From Kudoa neothunni (taxonomy: Eukaryota; Animalia; Cnidaria), in assembly GCA_964304625.1 (NCBI GenBank), contig OZ199839.1:5896311-5960310 (forward strand): a stretch of 64,000 bases of DNA, written 5' to 3'. The position numbers and the translations under genes are program-made. Positions 27,811 through 41,583 of this stretch are shown piece by piece. The stretch's first letter is position 1; the number at the start of each line of letters is the position of its first letter. The notes under the pieces were generated by a model. That model had not been told where the DNA came from. It made no database searches and saw only the letters and a program-made list of their open reading frames with translations.

Positions 27811-29183
27811 ATGTTGGTATTTTCAATATGTTCCCTATTCTTAGCAACAATTACAACTGGTATTTGTTTATTCGTGGAAAATAACTATATTCCTCACTTA
27901 AGAAAGAGCATTGCCTAATTACGATAAAGATGAAGGTCAAGCCCCAACATGGATGACTCAGGACGAACAAGCCAAGGCTGTGGTTGAAAGATGGTACGTT
28001 GATAAAACTGACGCTACCTGTAAACCCTTTAACTATCGTGGATCCCTTGGAAATTTTAATAATTTTGTCTCAAAAGCTGCTTGCATTAATCATCGTACAA
28101 ATAAAATTCTCTAACAGTTTGTAATAACAATATAGTTCGATTCACACCGGAGGAAAAGGCTAATGCGTGTGATAAGGGAAAAGTTGAAGGCGTGTGTGGG
28201 CTGTCAGGAGAAAAAGCTTTAAAAAGGTGGTACTTCGACAAGGACACTGTTAATAATAAAAAATTTGCTTGTCACGAATTTGAATATACTGGTTGTGGTG
28301 GAAACGCAAACAACTTCGAAAGTGAAACAGAGTGCAAACAAGTTTGTCAAAGTAATTACCTTTTTCAATTTTGTAATGGATGGGAATTTAATATGAAAAA
28401 TCAATGAATTAATAATTTTTAATAGACAAAGTAAATGGTCCTACGGTTAGTGGCACCGATCCTAAAGAACTGACCCCTGCTCCAAACGAGTTCGACTGTA
28501 CTTTCAGGGCTGAAGTAAAAACTCACTCTCCACAAATGGGAATTGTACCCCATAAAGATGGTAACAGATGCGTTTATGCAGCTGTAGGAGCTTCAGCTAA
28601 GAGAGGATTTTTCAAAGATTTGCCAACATGCGTAAAAAATTGTGTTAGTAATATATTTATGGTTGCAACTTCATTATTAACCATCCATAGAAAAGCTAGC
28701 ACCAGCGTGTGCTGCTGTGGGTCCCCATCAGATTGAAAGTACAGTGGAGATTAAAAACAAAGATTCCGTGAAAACATACTACTATTTCAAAAAATCGGAA
28801 TTAGTATGCATGCCTTTCATGTCCAAAGAACCAGACACAAATACTAAAATTGATAATGGTGATTTGAATATATTCAGCTCTGCTGAGTTATGCGCAAGCT
28901 ATTGTCCTGCAAGTATTAAAAATCTATAATTATATATTTATGAATTTATTTAGCTGGTCATATTGGTCAATTAAAAGCCGTTGAAGCTTGCACTCTTCCA
29001 AAAAAAGGGGAATCAATTGCAACTGATAAATACAAGATAACACGATTCTACTATAATCCCTCAGCAACAGATCAAACTAATAAATGCGAGCAATTTGATT
29101 TTAATGGAAAGGATATGAATTTGAATAACTTTGAGTCTTCTGATATTTGCAAGGCAATTTGTCACACACCTTTGTCAACATAA
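27811..29183 (+). CDS. Secreted five-Kunitz/BPTI-like domain protein, copy 1 (type A), 376 aa
   Basis: Exons 27811-27859 (signal peptide MLVFSICSLFLATITT), 27903-28094, 28136-28351, 28426-28647, 28691-28912, 28954-29183; all introns GT-AG and phase 1. Canonical Kunitz motif RWYF...CHEFEYTGCGGNANNFESETECKQVC in domain 2. Confidence 0.92.
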
Positions 29184-29430
29184 TAGTCGTTGACTTATTT
29201 TTCTTATCTCATATGACAACAAATAATGTTTCCAGTAGTATTAGAACCAATTTTTATTTTTAGAATAATTATTCCTTATTTATTTCTCTTAATTTACACA
29301 TGAGTATAATTTTTTAATGTGAAATGATCATTTAAATATGTACGAAATAACTAACTTAGATTATAGTTTGATTTTAAAAAATTGAAATTTTAAATAGAAT
29401 AATTATTTACAAAAATTCGACCATATAAAG

Positions 29431-31400
29431 CAGTGGTCTCCAAACTTTCTGAGGCTAGGGCCACATTGGTTTGTTGATATATTACTCCGAGAGCTGCATT
29501 AAAAATTTTAACAAAAAATTTAAAAATCTAAATAAATGTAAAAGAAACAATAATAAGTTTATTTTCCTTTGTGTGAAGAGTTATGTTGTTTCAGAACTAA
29601 TATAATAATATCCCATCGCGGCGTGAACTTGGACATCCTTATCGTCAATATGGAATTAAGGTGATCGTTTGACGACTGTTCTGAATGCGGATTTCACATA
29701 TTCCATTTTTGAAAATTTCTTCTCGCAAAATTAAGTTGTGACAAGTATTGAAATATATTTATTGGGAAAAGATAAAAAATTCGGAAAATCACGACGAGGC
29801 AAAAGCTTATAAAATTATAATAAATTGTTTTCATTAAATTTACATTTGTATATTTCATTTGTAACTCCGCAGTTAATTGATCGATTTGACATCTAAAAGG
29901 ATTTTCGAACATTAAAATATTCGAGAAAAATGTCTCAATATCTTTGAAACGCTCATCAAACTGCTGCATTAAATTGGAATGAGTGTCTTGGGTGACAACA
30001 GTTGGAAAAGATACTTTACTTTGTTGAGCGTATTTTTCACAACTTGAAAAATGAGTGAAACAATTATTATCTAATTTTGAATTAAATAAAATAAATTTCT
30101 GTCTAAGTTCATAAAATAATTAATGAAAATCGTTTATTAACAATGTTTCGCCTTGCAATTTAACATTAAAATCATTCAGTTGTACTGTCAAATCGGCAAA
30201 AAAGCCAATCATCATTTTTAAACAAATTTAGAGGATTATCATGTTCAATAAGAAAAAAACCAATTTCCGCCCCTAAGTCAAAGAACCGGCGTAAAACCTT
30301 TCCACAACTAAGCCACCTCACATTTGTGTAATATGGAAAATCCGAGTATTCTGCATTTTAATCTTATAAAAATTCCTCAAATTTTCCATGATGGAGTCCA
30401 AGTAACCGGATAAAATTAACAGTGGATACAACAGTATTTAATATTGATGACAAGCCCATCTTCTTTTCACAGAGAGCTTGTTGATGAATAATACATTGAA
30501 GCGCCAAAGGTTTTTGTCCAAGTTAGCCTCTTGTTTTTTCACTCATATTTTAACCCGAACAGTAGTGATGCATATAAGTATATTCCAGGTTAGGTTGAAT
30601 TTTGGAATGACTTTTCAAAGTCGTTAAATAGATCGAATCACGTTGTAGTTCCTTACAATTTTATGTACAGAGAGGAGTTCCTCTGTAATTTTCAACTCGA
30701 TATTTACTCCTCTAATGAAAAATAAAAATTAAGCCGTTTGTGAAATATCAGTGGATTCATCCAGCGCGATAGAAAAGCAGACAAATTCTTTTATTTTATC
30801 CCGTAATTTCGAAATAACACTTTCATAAATATTCTCCACTCTACGACTTATTGTGTTTGCTGAAAGATTTATCTCAGAAAATGAGCTGGCATTTTCCAGA
30901 TATACCTCGTTCAACACGTCCTTTAGAGCTTCCTTGGAAATTTTACCATCAGAAAATGGTTTTCCCTTTATTGACTAACAAATAGGTAACGCGAAATCCA
31001 GCTCTTGTAGTTGTTTCATCTTCATGGGAAATTTTTTTGAAGATCAATTGGCTCGACAAAAAATTATTTTTTAATATCCTGAACTTCTCAGTGCGTACAG
31101 ATCCACTGTATTTTGAATATTCGAAGAATGTTTTGTCTCGTAATATTTGCGTATATTAAATTCTTTCAGTACTGCGATAGTGTTGAGACAAATAATACAT
31201 ATTTCTTAGTTTCCTTATTTAGAAATAAAGTAATCTGTATTCCACTTATCGTTAAATATTCGGCACTTAAGGTCGATTTTTCTCTTTCTTCCATAAACCA
31301 CCATTTTTACACGATAAATCAGAGAGCCACAGCGCGTGAAAATGAACATAGATCAACGAGAATGATAGAAAACCAAAATTGCTACACAAGTCATTTAACA
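29431..31400 (-). mobile_element. Decayed hAT/Buster (GTF2IRD2/SPIN-like) transposon, copy 1
   Basis: Terminus CAGTGGTCTCCAAACT. Minus-strand fragments LSANTISRRV, FSIALDESTDIS, FDERFKD...FENPF with stops and frameshifts. Right end not located. Confidence 0.85.
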
Positions 31401-32297
31401 ATCATTTAATCAATAAAAGATTCTATATTTAAATTAAAACTTGGATATTGTCTGACTAAATAAATATTTTTTGTAAGTATATCTTTAAATATCGTAATAT
31501 TTGTAATATGAATAAAGCGTAATATTATTATACGAGTATCGAGAATGCAAGCTTTACAATGTTTATGTTTATGTTTAATAATAACAATAGCAATTATTAA
31601 AAAAAAACTTAAATATGTAGAATTGTATAAAAAATAACTAAGGTTAGTAGGTTATATATACAAAGTTAAGACAATATAAATTTTTACATATGTTTTATTA
31701 ATCACGTCAATATGCAATTATAAATAAAATATAATACGTTATTATAATGAATTTTACTCGATAATTAAATAATTTTTTTATAAATGAATATATTTAACAT
31801 TTTAAATGAAAAAAGGGCCCAATATATATTTTTATGAGAGAAAAATACAACTGCATCATTTCTAATTTATTTATGAATATGCTAATTAACTTGGATTATT
31901 TTAATCCACCTATGTTTAATAATTTATTTTTATTACATGATTTAGTAATTTTTTCTTGTTATATAATATATATATACCGAATGTTTAGTAAATATATGTT
32001 ATTAATATATATTAAACATGAACAAACGATTTTAGTTAAGAAATAAAAATTTACTACTCAATGATTTAATAGATTCATTTTATATAAGTTGATATTTAAA
32101 ATTATCCAACTTTTCGAGATCAAATAAATATTAAAGAATTTAACCTATTTTATTATTACGTTTATTTAAAAAGAAATAGTCGTTTATCAACGTTAATTTT
32201 GTAAGATGAAAATTTTCTTAATAAGTTTCTTATAAATGATATTACATGGATTTTTTACACTTTAATGATTTTTAAAAAATTTAATAAATTCATATAA

Positions 32298-32910
32298 CCC
32301 TCTAGAGAACGCCCAAAAATTACTAAGCGAGAGCACGCGTGGGGTCTTTTAAACCCCACGTTGAAAATGATGAAAATAAAACGTTTTATTTAATAAAATA
32401 ATTATCGTCTAAAAAAACAATTGTCACATAAAACTAGAATATTTTTTGCACGTATTGAATTTTGATTGCGTTTTACGATCATTTGGCCTAACACATACGA
32501 CATCTTCTGCATGAAGCAGTATATATATGTTCACATTCTTTTATTTTTGCCACATCTACATTAATATTATTATTTAATTTATTTATTTAAACTTTTGCGA
32601 TTCATTTAATGCTCTAGCAATTGTATTGCTAACGATTTTAAGAATCTTTTCTCCAGATATTTTTCTTCGTATGTAAAGAATAAATTACATATTAATTAAT
32701 TAAAATTATATCTAAGAAGTCCATGAAATATTACTGCTGGCCATCATTTGGATGTTCTATATTTAGAATAATTGATGCACATTTGGTCGATTATGTCTAC
32801 AACTCCTTTGGTGGAATTATAAAATGAAATCATTTCTAAAATTTTTTGAAAATAATTTGAATAGATTACTATTTTTTGTAAAAAAAACTCAATAAAATGA
32901 CGTATTTGTT
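32298..32910 (-). mobile_element. piggyBac end and 3' transposase remnant (truncated)
   Basis: ATAA|CCCTCTAG... terminus; near-identical to 51379-51970, which contains FYNSTKGVVDIIDQMC. Confidence 0.75.
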
Positions 32911-33504
32911 TTTATCGAATGGCACGGAGTGTTAATTCATAAATTCAGTAACTTGTTATTGATGACTTTAGTATATCAGGATTCAAGCATCCTTTTTCTT
33001 TACATGTAGCCTGCAAACAAAAATTTTGAATCTATAGTAGCTATAGAACTAATTCTTTAAACTTAAAAAATGGCATTAAATATAATCTATAGGGAAATTA
33101 CCAACTTTTGAGCGGGAATGTGTGCACGTGCATGACACGGTACCACCGATCCTGATATCTGTAATCTGTACGGAGGAAAAATATATTGTTTTATTAATTC
33201 GCCTAAGACCATTAAATTTGGGTTAGTATCCTAACATAATGAATATATTTTTTATAAATAATATATTTGTTTTATATATTTTTATATACTACACATCACG
33301 CATTATAAATAGATGGTAAATGCAACCAATGACTTATTACAATGTTACATGCAGTGTTATGCTTTTTAAAATATTGTAATACACCAAATCAATCGCATTA
33401 CGGAAATTATATGAATCAAGATTATCTCAACATTTGAATGTATTTGGAGGATTACAATTCGTAATGAATACTTATTGAAAGTTTTATTATTAATAGTAAA
33501 CAAT

Positions 33505-34881
33505 ATGTTGGTATTTTCAATATGTTCCCTATTCTTAGCAACAATTGCAACTGGTATTTGTTTATTCGTGGAAAATAACTATACTCCTCACTTAAGAAAG
33601 AGCATTGCCTAATTACGATAAAGATGAAGGTCAAGCCACAGTTTGGATGGATGCTACAGCACAAGCCAAGGCTGTGGTTGAAAGATGGTACGTTGATAAA
33701 ACTGACGCTACCTGCAAGCCCTTTAACTATCGTGGATCCCTTGGAAATTTTAATAATTTTGTCTCAAAAGCTGCATGCATTAATCACCGTATAAATACAA
33801 TTCTCGTTCGTTTTATAAAACCAATGTAGTTCGATTCACGCCAGAAGAAAAGGCCAATGCATGTGCAGAGCAAATGAATAAAGGATTATGCGAGCTGTCG
33901 GAGGATAAAGCTTTTACAAGGTGGTACTTCAGCAAGGATTCAGTTAATGATAAAGCAAATGCCTGTCACGAATTTCAATATACTGGTTGTGGTGGAAACG
34001 CAAACAACTTCGAAAGTGAAACAGAGTGCAAACAAGTTTGTCAAAGTAAATCCATTTCTTATAAATAATGAAAAATAGAGAAAAAAATAATACCATGATC
34101 ATTTAATTTCCCAATTAATTAGATAACGTAAACGGCGATATGGCTCAGGGTTCCAGCACTGAATCTATGACAGGTGTTCCAAACGAGTTCGACTGTACTT
34201 TTAGGGCTGAAGTAAAAACTCAGTCTCCAAAAATGGGAATTGTTCCTCATAAAGATGGCAACCGATGCGTTTATGCTGCTGTAGGAGCTTCAGCTACGAG
34301 AGGATTTTTCAAAGATTTGCCAACATGCGTAAAAAATTGTGTTAGTAATATATTTATGGTTGCAACTTCATTATTAACCATCCATAGAAAAGCTAGCACC
34401 AGCGTGTGCTGCTGTGGGTCCCCATCAGATTGAAAGTACAGTGGAGATTAAAACCAAAGATAACGTGAAAACATACTACTACTTTAAAAAATCGGATTCG
34501 GTTTGCATGCCATTCATGTCAAAAGTCCCAGGCGATGCCATTAAAATTGACAATGGTGAATTGAATATATTCAGTTCTGCTGAGTTATGCGCAAGCTATT
34601 GTCCTGCAAGTATTTAATATCTAAATAATATGATAATATATTTATTTAGCTGGTCATATTGGTCAATTAAAAGCTGTCGAAGCTTGCACCCTTCCAGTAA
34701 AAGGTGAATCAGCTACAACTGATAAATACAAAATAGCACGATTCTATTATAATCCCACCGGAGCCACTGATGATGAGAAGTGCAAGCAATTAACTTTAAT
34801 GGAAAGGATATGAATTTGAATAACTTTGAATCTGCTGTAATTTGCAAAGCAATTTGTCAGACACCTTTGACATCAACGTAG
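33505..34881 (+). CDS. Five-Kunitz secreted protein, copy 2 (type B); 1-nt deletion in last exon (truncated allele, pseudogene or sequencing error)
   Basis: Same six-exon structure as copy 1. caattaac at ~34787-34794 lacks one T relative to paralogues, giving an early TGA at 34811-34813; the homologous stop is TAG at 34879-34881. Confidence 0.85.
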
Positions 34882-35001
34882 TCGTTGACTTATTTTGTTT
34901 ATCTCATATGACAACAAGTAATGTTTCCAGTAGTATTAGAACCAATTTCGAATTTTTGAATAATGTCTCCTTATTTATTTCTCATTATTTACACATGAAT
35001 A

Positions 35002-36920
35002 CAGTCCAGATTGGATACAACGTGGCTGGATATTGCGTAATTCCAAAATTTCGACGTTATTCTTTTTAGAGAAACCTAGTTTATTTTATCATTTTGTAAA
35101 CATTGATAATATTAAAAAATAGAAAATATATTACTTATATATAAAGTATCGTTATTGTGTGGTTTTAATAACATATATATTTAATAATTGAAGTATTTTC
35201 TTCATTATTTCCCGTTATTAACAAATAATTAAGAGAAGAGAGAAATCATTGATTATTATAATTCGATAGAAATATTGAAAGTTGTCGAAAAAATGGTAAT
35301 TCTATGTTTTAGTTATTGATGTGGTGATCTATTTGAAGATTAATACATTGTTACGTTTGAGGTCATTTAAAAATTGATACAATTTGTTCACACGAGGATA
35401 AATTTAACACTACGGATATTGAAACTAAAAGGAGGGCACATTTTTGGAGAAAATTAAAAATATAGATGGTCAGCTGTATGATTGGCTCGTTAAACAATGG
35501 TAGAATGATAATGTTCTGCTGAGATGTGGTTTTATCGAAGTTGCTTTATATATTGCAAATATACAAGATATTTCCAATTTAAATTCTAGTTATGGGTAGT
35601 TTTTCAGATTCCACGTCAAAGTAGGGGGTAGCTTTCAAAATGTTTCATGGTGATATCGCGAAAATAGGTATTTCATCAACTGACTCATAGACTGTTGAAG
35701 TCACTAATTTGTTTAAGACATATAATCTAAAGACGTTATGAAAATTGATGAAACTTCCCTTCTTTTGTGAGCAGTTATAAAACATTAGTTATATTTTAAA
35801 GGATGAACTAGGAATATAAGGGACAAAATATTCAAAAATGATTGAATGTTTTACTGTCACTTTTTTTGTAAATAGTTGTAAACTCCCATCTGGTTAAATA
35901 GTAAATTTCAAAATCTAGGGTGTTTTAACCGAGTTAAACATCTATAGCGTGAATATTATTCAAAAACACACGGATGATGTGTAGTAGATTTATAAACATA
36001 ATAAGAAAGTTGAATCAAAGAATGATAGATGAGAACAGAAAAGTTTTAATTTCGTTAGATCAATATACTATTGATCCCAAAAATATTGGTTTTTAAAAAA
36101 TATCGAAATTTTTATCCTACCAAAAAAAACAATTAATATTCTACAGAACTTAATTCCGCCATCATCAAATGCATTCAAAGTAGGACGAGAATACAATGAC
36201 AAAGCACACAGTTTTATGTGAAGCTTTTATCATCGAAAAATAAACATTACTAATCTCAATCATGCCAGTAATTAAACTTTTGGAGAGTATTATACCAAAA
36301 ATTATATTTAATTGTTTTAAAAATCAAAAATCTTTGATAGGAATAGATAAAACTGTAATAGAAAAGTTGTATCAGTTTATAGAACAAGAAGGTTTAAGAA
36401 AGATATCCTGATCCAGAAACAGTTCACAAGGTAATATTTTATGTATACATAATTAATCTTTTTAAATGAATTCGAAGTTTACGAAAATATATTTGACGAT
36501 GATAATGCTGCAACATGCGATGATCAAAATTATGCGGACTTATTGCTCATAATGGTTAATCTGATGATATCGAACCAATTAATAAAAAGTCAAAATTTTA
36601 ATGAAACTTTTAATTCCAGAGGTTCCATCTTGACAATTTGATTTATATCCACAACGGACAGAATTCAAAAGTATCAATAGAAAAATTTTGACATGCAAAA
36701 ATCACAAGATTTTTTGACAAAATTTATTAACTCTTCCTTAACTTAACTCTGTTATTTGTCTTAATAAAGTTTGTTTTTATTAATAATCATCAAACATAAG
36801 AACACGAAAATCGTATTTTACAGTGGGACGCGCAAGCATGAAACTGGATATTGCGTACAAACTTTTTATTGCGTGGGTTTTTGCTGGTCCCAAAATCCCA
36901 ACAATATCCGATCTCGTCTG
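35002..36920 (+). mobile_element. Decayed Tigger/pogo-like DNA transposon
   Basis: TA|CAGTCCAGATTGGATA ... TATCCGATCTCGTCTG|TA. The flanks rejoin to the empty site seen after copy 1 (acacatgagTAtaatttttt). Remnant 'attgatgaaact' resembles the N-x-D-E-T motif. Confidence 0.8.
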
Positions 36921-36972
36921 TATAATTTTTAATTATGATATGATCATTTAAATATGCATAAAATAACATTAA

Positions 36973-37040
36973 CCCTCCAAGTACGCCAAAATCTCCTACA
37001 AACCACGTCGTTATTAGGGTCAAATGGACTCCACTTTTTT
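36973..37040. mobile_element. piggyBac-like terminus
   Basis: TTAA|CCCTCCAAGTACGCCAAAA, similar to the terminus at 32298; partner end not found. Confidence 0.5.
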
Positions 37041-39160
37041 ATTGTTTGTTTTAGTTTAAAAATCTTATTTGTTCAATTTTTTGGTAAAAATAATTCTATC
37101 GAGTGAATAAGGAAAAAGCCTAAGAATGTTGCAAAAACGATGTCTTTCGATATTATTCAAAAGTTCTAACTGTGTTTTTTCTATGGATATTTTGGAAAAG
37201 GTTAGTTTTCATACTTGTAACAATATATATTTATTCCAATGAACCATAATAAACTATTCGAAAAGGAAAATTATTTATTTAGCCTTACAAGTAGCTCAAT
37301 ATACAATGCGTAATGTAATCGTTAATTATTTATTTAAATTGATTAGTTTTATTAACTTTTAGTTTTCATATCGCATAAAACAATTTTTTATTCTCTATCG
37401 ATTCATAAAGAACGACATGCATTACTTTCCCTTTTATTAGTCGAAAATTGTGTACTCTTCACATAGAAATAGGGTAGGAATGTACTCGTCATTCTCATTT
37501 CATAAAATAGTCCTAAATAAAGGTTAGTACCGCCCAAAAAATATGAGGAAAATTCTTCATTTGAATTATACATAAACGGTTAATTATTAAGGGTTATGCC
37601 TCGATTGTGAATAAGCAAAATTACATGTTGATACGGTAACTCTGGAATATGATTGTATTTCTAGGGTTATTTCGGTAGTTTTTTTTTAATTGGAAAATAA
37701 TTCAACTACCTATGTTAGTCTATCCTCTTATAAATAATAAGAATATATATTACGATGAAAAACACAAAATGATAATAAATATTGATTATTTCATAAAACG
37801 ATATCACATGTGTTATGAACGTCCTCCACAATAAGAAACTGTTCAAAACGATGAATATTCACCATAAATCGGACAATCAATATGAGTCAATAATCATAGG
37901 AGCTACGGCTATATTCAGACAAAATTGACATGCTTATATCAACATCGTGTATGCGGGTGAGCATCACTTGCGTCGTATTTAATTAACTTTCTTAGTAACT
38001 GGTATTTTATTTTATTACGAATTTTTTAATTAATAATAATAATACTTTCAGCATAGTTTTAGAGAAAATAATCAAATAAACTTCAATAATTACCTCTAAT
38101 AATGTAGCATTTCGACATTAAAAATTCATAATACCAAAAATAATTATATATCTTTAATTCGGATAAAATTTAAATGAAAAAATTCTATGAGGATGGAGAA
38201 ATTTCCAATATTCTACATGCATGAACAACAACCGTTTCCAAAGACTTATTCTCAATTTGTTTTCATTATAATACTATTCAAAAATGAAATAAACATTTAA
38301 ATGCACGAATTAAAATCACATTCATATTCCTTCATAGTGAAATATAGAAATCAATGTTTAACATGGGGATTATGCTGTTGACTTCATCGCCATACACGGG
38401 ATTAGAAGAAAACATTATTTTTATAATTGTTTAAAAATGTTGATACGCTTCAGATGAGAAGAGCATATAAGATTTTACAGAACTACTTTTGACGAAAAAG
38501 TCTTAAAATTACTAAAAATGAGGGAGTCACACGTCCCAACATGGCCGATCGGATTACCACAATAATAATTGATCATAATATCCAGGCAGGTATAGTTTGG
38601 ACTATATTTAATTATTGTTTGCACATGAGAGGTGGTGATGGGCATAAAATAATTAAATCAAGCAGATTCTATAAAATTAACGTTATAAATCAACTATAAA
38701 AAGGAATAGCCGGGATTAAGAATGGGAACAAGGCAAGAGTAGTTTCCGGATTGGATTAAAAACTTCAATGTCAATAGCCAGTGCCTTAAAATATAGTGCT
38801 AAAATAATTTAATAATTTATTTTAAAATGTAGATTATATATTTTTTGAAATAATTGGTTGATTCAGTTGTGTCTATGTTTACATTTGGTTGTAACCCTCT
38901 TATTTTTATGATTTCAATATTAATCATTCTTCATTGTTGTTAGTATAAAAATTAAAATTAATTCGTGACGTTATAAGGTAAATTAAGATAATTTAATATT
39001 ATTGTATTTAAATATGACTAGTTTGTGGGTATTTTTACATATAAATTTAATTTTAAATGGTGATATGCTTGAGCGTGAGTCAACTTTAAATTCTGAAGAC
39101 ACTTTTCCTTCGTACAAGTTATGAGTCAGCTTAATTTGTATAATTTTTTTTGTTAAAACG

Positions 39161-40030
39161 CAGAATAGTGACCGAATTTTCAGATTATTGTTTTTAAATA
39201 GTTCATATATTAGTCGTATATATTTTAACCCAGATTAGCGTTATATTTATTCTATAATTATCGCCAGGAATGACCTATTTCGAATTTAACATATTATTTT
39301 TGATATTATGGTTATCCATTAGTTACAATTTAACGCGTAGTTCTTGCATTAAGTAGAAATTCATTCTTCTTATTGACAATGATATAACAATCGGCAGTCG
39401 CTAAGAGTGAAATATGACAATCCGACAAAATTTGAGTTGTCCGAATTAAATTCTACAACGCATGCAACATACTTTACTTCACCCAACTTAATTGTTGGTA
39501 TAGCCTGTCGAAATAATTGTGGGGAAATAGGAGTTCTCTGCGTTAGTACATTACTACAAATACTATTGTGATAACGCAACACTGATCAATACGCATATTA
39601 AAATATTCAACGGGTTCGGTTTTGTACGTTGTCTCTGATTTGGATTACGGTCAATACTCTGAATTTTTAATTTTTTTATATTGTTGACTTTCAGAGAGTA
39701 GAATAGAACTAGAAAGAATTAAACATAGTCAAAAACGAGTCTGACCTGAATAGTGTAGTCAGTAATAATAATCTTTTTCGTTTTAAATTATGAAATTTTT
39801 GTAATACGAATTTATTATTCAGTAGAAATATGTGTAATGTAGTAATTTGCGACGGCTAATGTAATCTGCGTTACTAATTAATATACGAATTCCAATAATA
39901 CACAAGCGCGCAAGGTTGTCGAAATTAGAACATTTATTATTGCGTAGAAATCAACGATTTATTATATTCGTAATGTGAGAAAATTATTTTTATTAATTTA
40001 CTTTGAAATTCTTATCTAAAATTTGATATA
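39161..40030 (+). repeat. ~0.9-kb dispersed repeat, copy 2
   Basis: Colinear with 21772-22670. Confidence 0.85.
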
Positions 40031-40411
40031 TATATTTATGTATAAATAATTGATTTTCTTTGAATTAGCTTCTTTTTATATTATGATTAACTTGAACTTC
40101 TTGCCATGTATACTTAACGAATGATGTAATTATTTAATCACACTATTATTTGGAATAAATGGCTTTTTTTTATTTTCTGATGATTTACTCCTGTGTTTTA
40201 ATATTAATAATGCACATTAGATTCGTACTTGTGATATTAATTTTTCTTCATTTTATCTTGTGCATATTAAGAACATTAATAAACAATATTATTTTATTAT
40301 CCACAATTTCTTAGAATATAGATCAAATTTATCTTAAAGCAAAAAATAAGCAAAACTTGTTTATAAATCTATAGCTTCGATCGGATTGACAGCAGAAAAA
40401 CTTACATAGAA

Positions 40412-40900
40412 CTAGCGGGAATTGCCCTGCGTTGCTTGGGGAAGATTTCGCGTAGATACGTTTTTTAGTAACATTTGAAAAATATATTGAAATTTCGAAT
40501 TAACTCCTAGAAATAATATAATTAAAAAGTTTTAAGCAATATACTTTGACGATTTGGATTATGGAATATAAATTATGGTCATTTCTTTGAAGGTGTGTTC
40601 CAATCCCCCGGGGTTCGTTCAAAATTCTGCGGTTCGGCACCAATGCTAAATACGTTAGGTTGATCGTTGAATTTTTTTCATTCTCGAATTATTAAAATCC
40701 AGTTAAAGTGTTATATAAAGTGTCATCTAAAACGTTCTTTTTTGGCCCGGGGGATTTTTAAAAGTCGAATTCTGCCTCGGCTCAATAACTGTATGCATCA
40801 CTAACTTTTTAAGAGAAAAAAATAGAAAATGTAATAGAGATAGAAGAAAACGTATGAAAATTAATTTATATTGTTAAAAGTAGCATCGCTTGGCTCAGCA
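40412..40900 (-). mobile_element. Helitron-like non-autonomous element 3' portion
   Basis: Minus strand ends cccaagcaacgcagggcaattcccgCTAG|t; internal sequence matches the reverse complement of 15050-15200. Confidence 0.6.
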
Positions 40901-41583
40901 AGAGTCTAACGCACTTTTTCCCATAAACAGTCACAAAACGCGTAAAATTCAACGTAATCAATTTAAATAATTGAGCAAAATAAAAGTACAAACATCTGCA
41001 TCGAATGTAATCACGGAAAGTTGAACTTAGCGAACGATTTCAGTGAAATCTACGGACGCAGTATTTCCATTATAATGCTTCAATCAATATGATTTTAACG
41101 TTCTCTACAAAATAGTTGTTCATTAAACATATATAAATTATTTATCATATCCAAAACGATCCATAGAACCTTCAAAATGTGTTTCTCAAGTCAAATACTA
41201 TAAAACTCCACAAATAAGGAGTGTATTTGAACAAAACCACATATATACACGCCAACATTATATAAAAAGTCAGACGTTATCGCTTAATTATAATTTGATA
41301 GAGCATATAAAGGGGAGATTTGACTTCAACTGTCCATCAGCAGGTCATAAGCAGGTGCTAATCTTATTGTTGAACTCAATTAATCTGATAAACAAACTTT
41401 GAACAGACAAAATCACCATTTTCTAAACACTTCAAGGAGCGTTTGTTCGCGAAAAAACGATTAAAAGTTTTTTTTAAAACATTATGATTTTTAAAAAATT
41501 TCATATATGTCCCTCTATAAGAAATAAATTTTGACGCACATGTGTACTTGCTGACACACTCACATACACTTCAGCTTTATACA

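Noticed and set aside
28536-28736. ORF tails such as '...STSVCCCGSPSD' as Cys-rich peptides (also 34140-34433, 47618-47818)
   Set aside because: Read-through of intron 4 into the wrong frame of the next Kunitz exon.
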